NCBI GenBank assembly: GCA_008632985.1
Contig: QPGO01000068.1
Span: 248,001-312,000 of the forward strand
Reading direction: 5' to 3'
From: Psammoneis japonica
Lineage: Eukaryota
Length of the DNA: 64,000 nucleotides
Shown here: positions 62,701-64,000 of the stretch, piece after piece
How the letters are laid out: every line of letters begins with the position of its first letter
How positions within the stretch are numbered: position 1 is the first letter of the stretch
Translations under genes and position numbers: made by a program
Notes under the pieces: model-generated
Databases searched by the model: none
What the model saw: the letters and a program-made list of their open reading frames with translations, nothing else
What the model was told of the DNA's origin: nothing

Positions 62701-63609
62701 TGTGAGAAATCAAGCAAAACAATCCTGCCTTGCTCATTGATGCTGCACAGGCTTGGCCCACAAGGCAAGAGCAAGTGCGGTGCTTGGCACATCAAACAAG
62801 GCTTGTGTGGAGCACTGGTGCACCCATGTGTGACAGGATGAAAGGGACAACAAAGTTGTGTTGATGACAACAGCACACAGCTCAATGAACAAACATTTGT
62901 GGGAGCAACGCTGCACTCATTTTGCACTGACAACTCAATGCTCAAGTTGCAGTGTGACGCAATGACAAGTGCACGCATTGTGGACAACAACAAAGTGCAT
63001 TCATTTTGCATGTTAAAGACACAACTCCGCCACTGCACACTGTGCCAAAGTGGAAACAGTGCATGCTGGCATGCACTTTGAGCAGCAGTGTGATCTGAGT
63101 TGCCCCACCAATTTTCATGCCCCCAAATGCCATTGGCGGTTTGTGGAACCCGTGCATCCAAGAGGAGGCAATGAGCCTGCCAACACAAGCCTTGACCTCC
63201 CCATTTTAGGGCCCCACCCACTGCCAAGCCTGGAGCTGCAGCTGCGCCAGCACAAAGCATCTCAAACAATGAAGATGACAGGGTTGAAGGGCAGGAGGAA
63301 AGGGTCAAAAAGGACCAGATGCCTGCATGCATGAATGGGATGCACAAAAAAGGCTCATGAGGCATGCAAGTTTCATCATGTGCTCACAGCGTTGTCTTCT
63401 TTGGACTGCGCGCATGGCAAGGCTGGCTGTCTGACAAATGCCAACATCACAAGTGCAAACCAAGGCTTTGTGACATCATTTTGTTCTTGCAATGCATGCT
63501 TTTAAGAAAATGAGATGGATGAAAAATTGCACACTGTCACCACGAAGCAACCAAGACCACAAGAAGGACATCTGGCACAGAAAAAATTCATCTCAGCATT
63601 CACAACAAT

Positions 63610-64000
63610 GACTTGCCAACTTGCTGACATGCCAACATGCTGACTTGCTGACATGCCAACACACCAACTTGCCAACAGCAATGTCGACATGCCGACACGC
63701 TGACTCACCAACACGCCAATGTGCTGACTTGCCAACTCACCAACACGCTGACATGCTGACATGCCGACTTGCTGACTCACCAACTTGCTGACTGACTGAC
63801 ACACTGACTGGCCAACTCGCCAACATGAAGACCCACTGACTTGCCGACAGGCCGACTTGCCGACATGCCGACTCACGGACTCACCCACATGCCAACATGC
63901 CGACATGCCAACACCCTGACATGCCGACTTGCTGACTCACCAACTTGCCAACTGACTGACACACTGACTGGCCAACATGCCGACATGCCAACCCACTGAC
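63610..64000. repeat. 8-bp-unit minisatellite (CCAACATG / CCGACTTG / CTGACTCA variants)
   Basis: Continuous array whose variants differ mostly by CG/TG/CA exchange. Confidence 0.9.

Larger units (their letters stand above)
52600..64000. mobile_element. Hypermutated transposon block 3 (continues beyond the window)
   Basis: TA and CG depletion; contains a Copia element, LRR remnant and minisatellite. Confidence 0.9.

Noticed and set aside
12800..64000. Alternative genetic code or classical RIP as the explanation for Tyr->Cys/His
   Set aside because: Host genes use Tyr normally, non-coding LTRs and the PBS are also affected, and RIP would increase rather than remove TpA

Overview
Eukaryotic genomic DNA, almost certainly from a diatom (GT-AG introns; ASAFAP plastid-targeting presequence on ilvD; diatom-type Copia elements). 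Three normal gene islands alternate with three transposon blocks. The islands are ~1-12.6 kb (TPP enzyme, RAD51, Cnx1/gephyrin, band-7, ilvD, PRA1), ~36.8-39.8 kb (secreted LVIVD-repeat protein) and ~45.9-52.5 kb (Y14, eIF3a, RabGGTase alpha). The blocks are ~12.8-36.6 kb, ~39.9-45.9 kb and ~52.6-64 kb, and hold two full-length Copia elements, a Gypsy pol, a Crypton/Ndc10-like recombinase, Ginger-like integrase remnants, MITEs, minisatellites and an LRR pseudogene. The main signal is that the blocks have lost almost all TpA and most CpG dinucleotides, both converted to TpG/CpA. Conserved Tyr codons of retroelement proteins systematically read Cys or His, and paired LTRs show TA->TG/CA and CG->TG/CA changes directly. 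This points to a repeat-targeted hypermutation process whose TpA arm runs opposite to fungal RIP. Family assignments are by motif recall only; no searches were run.
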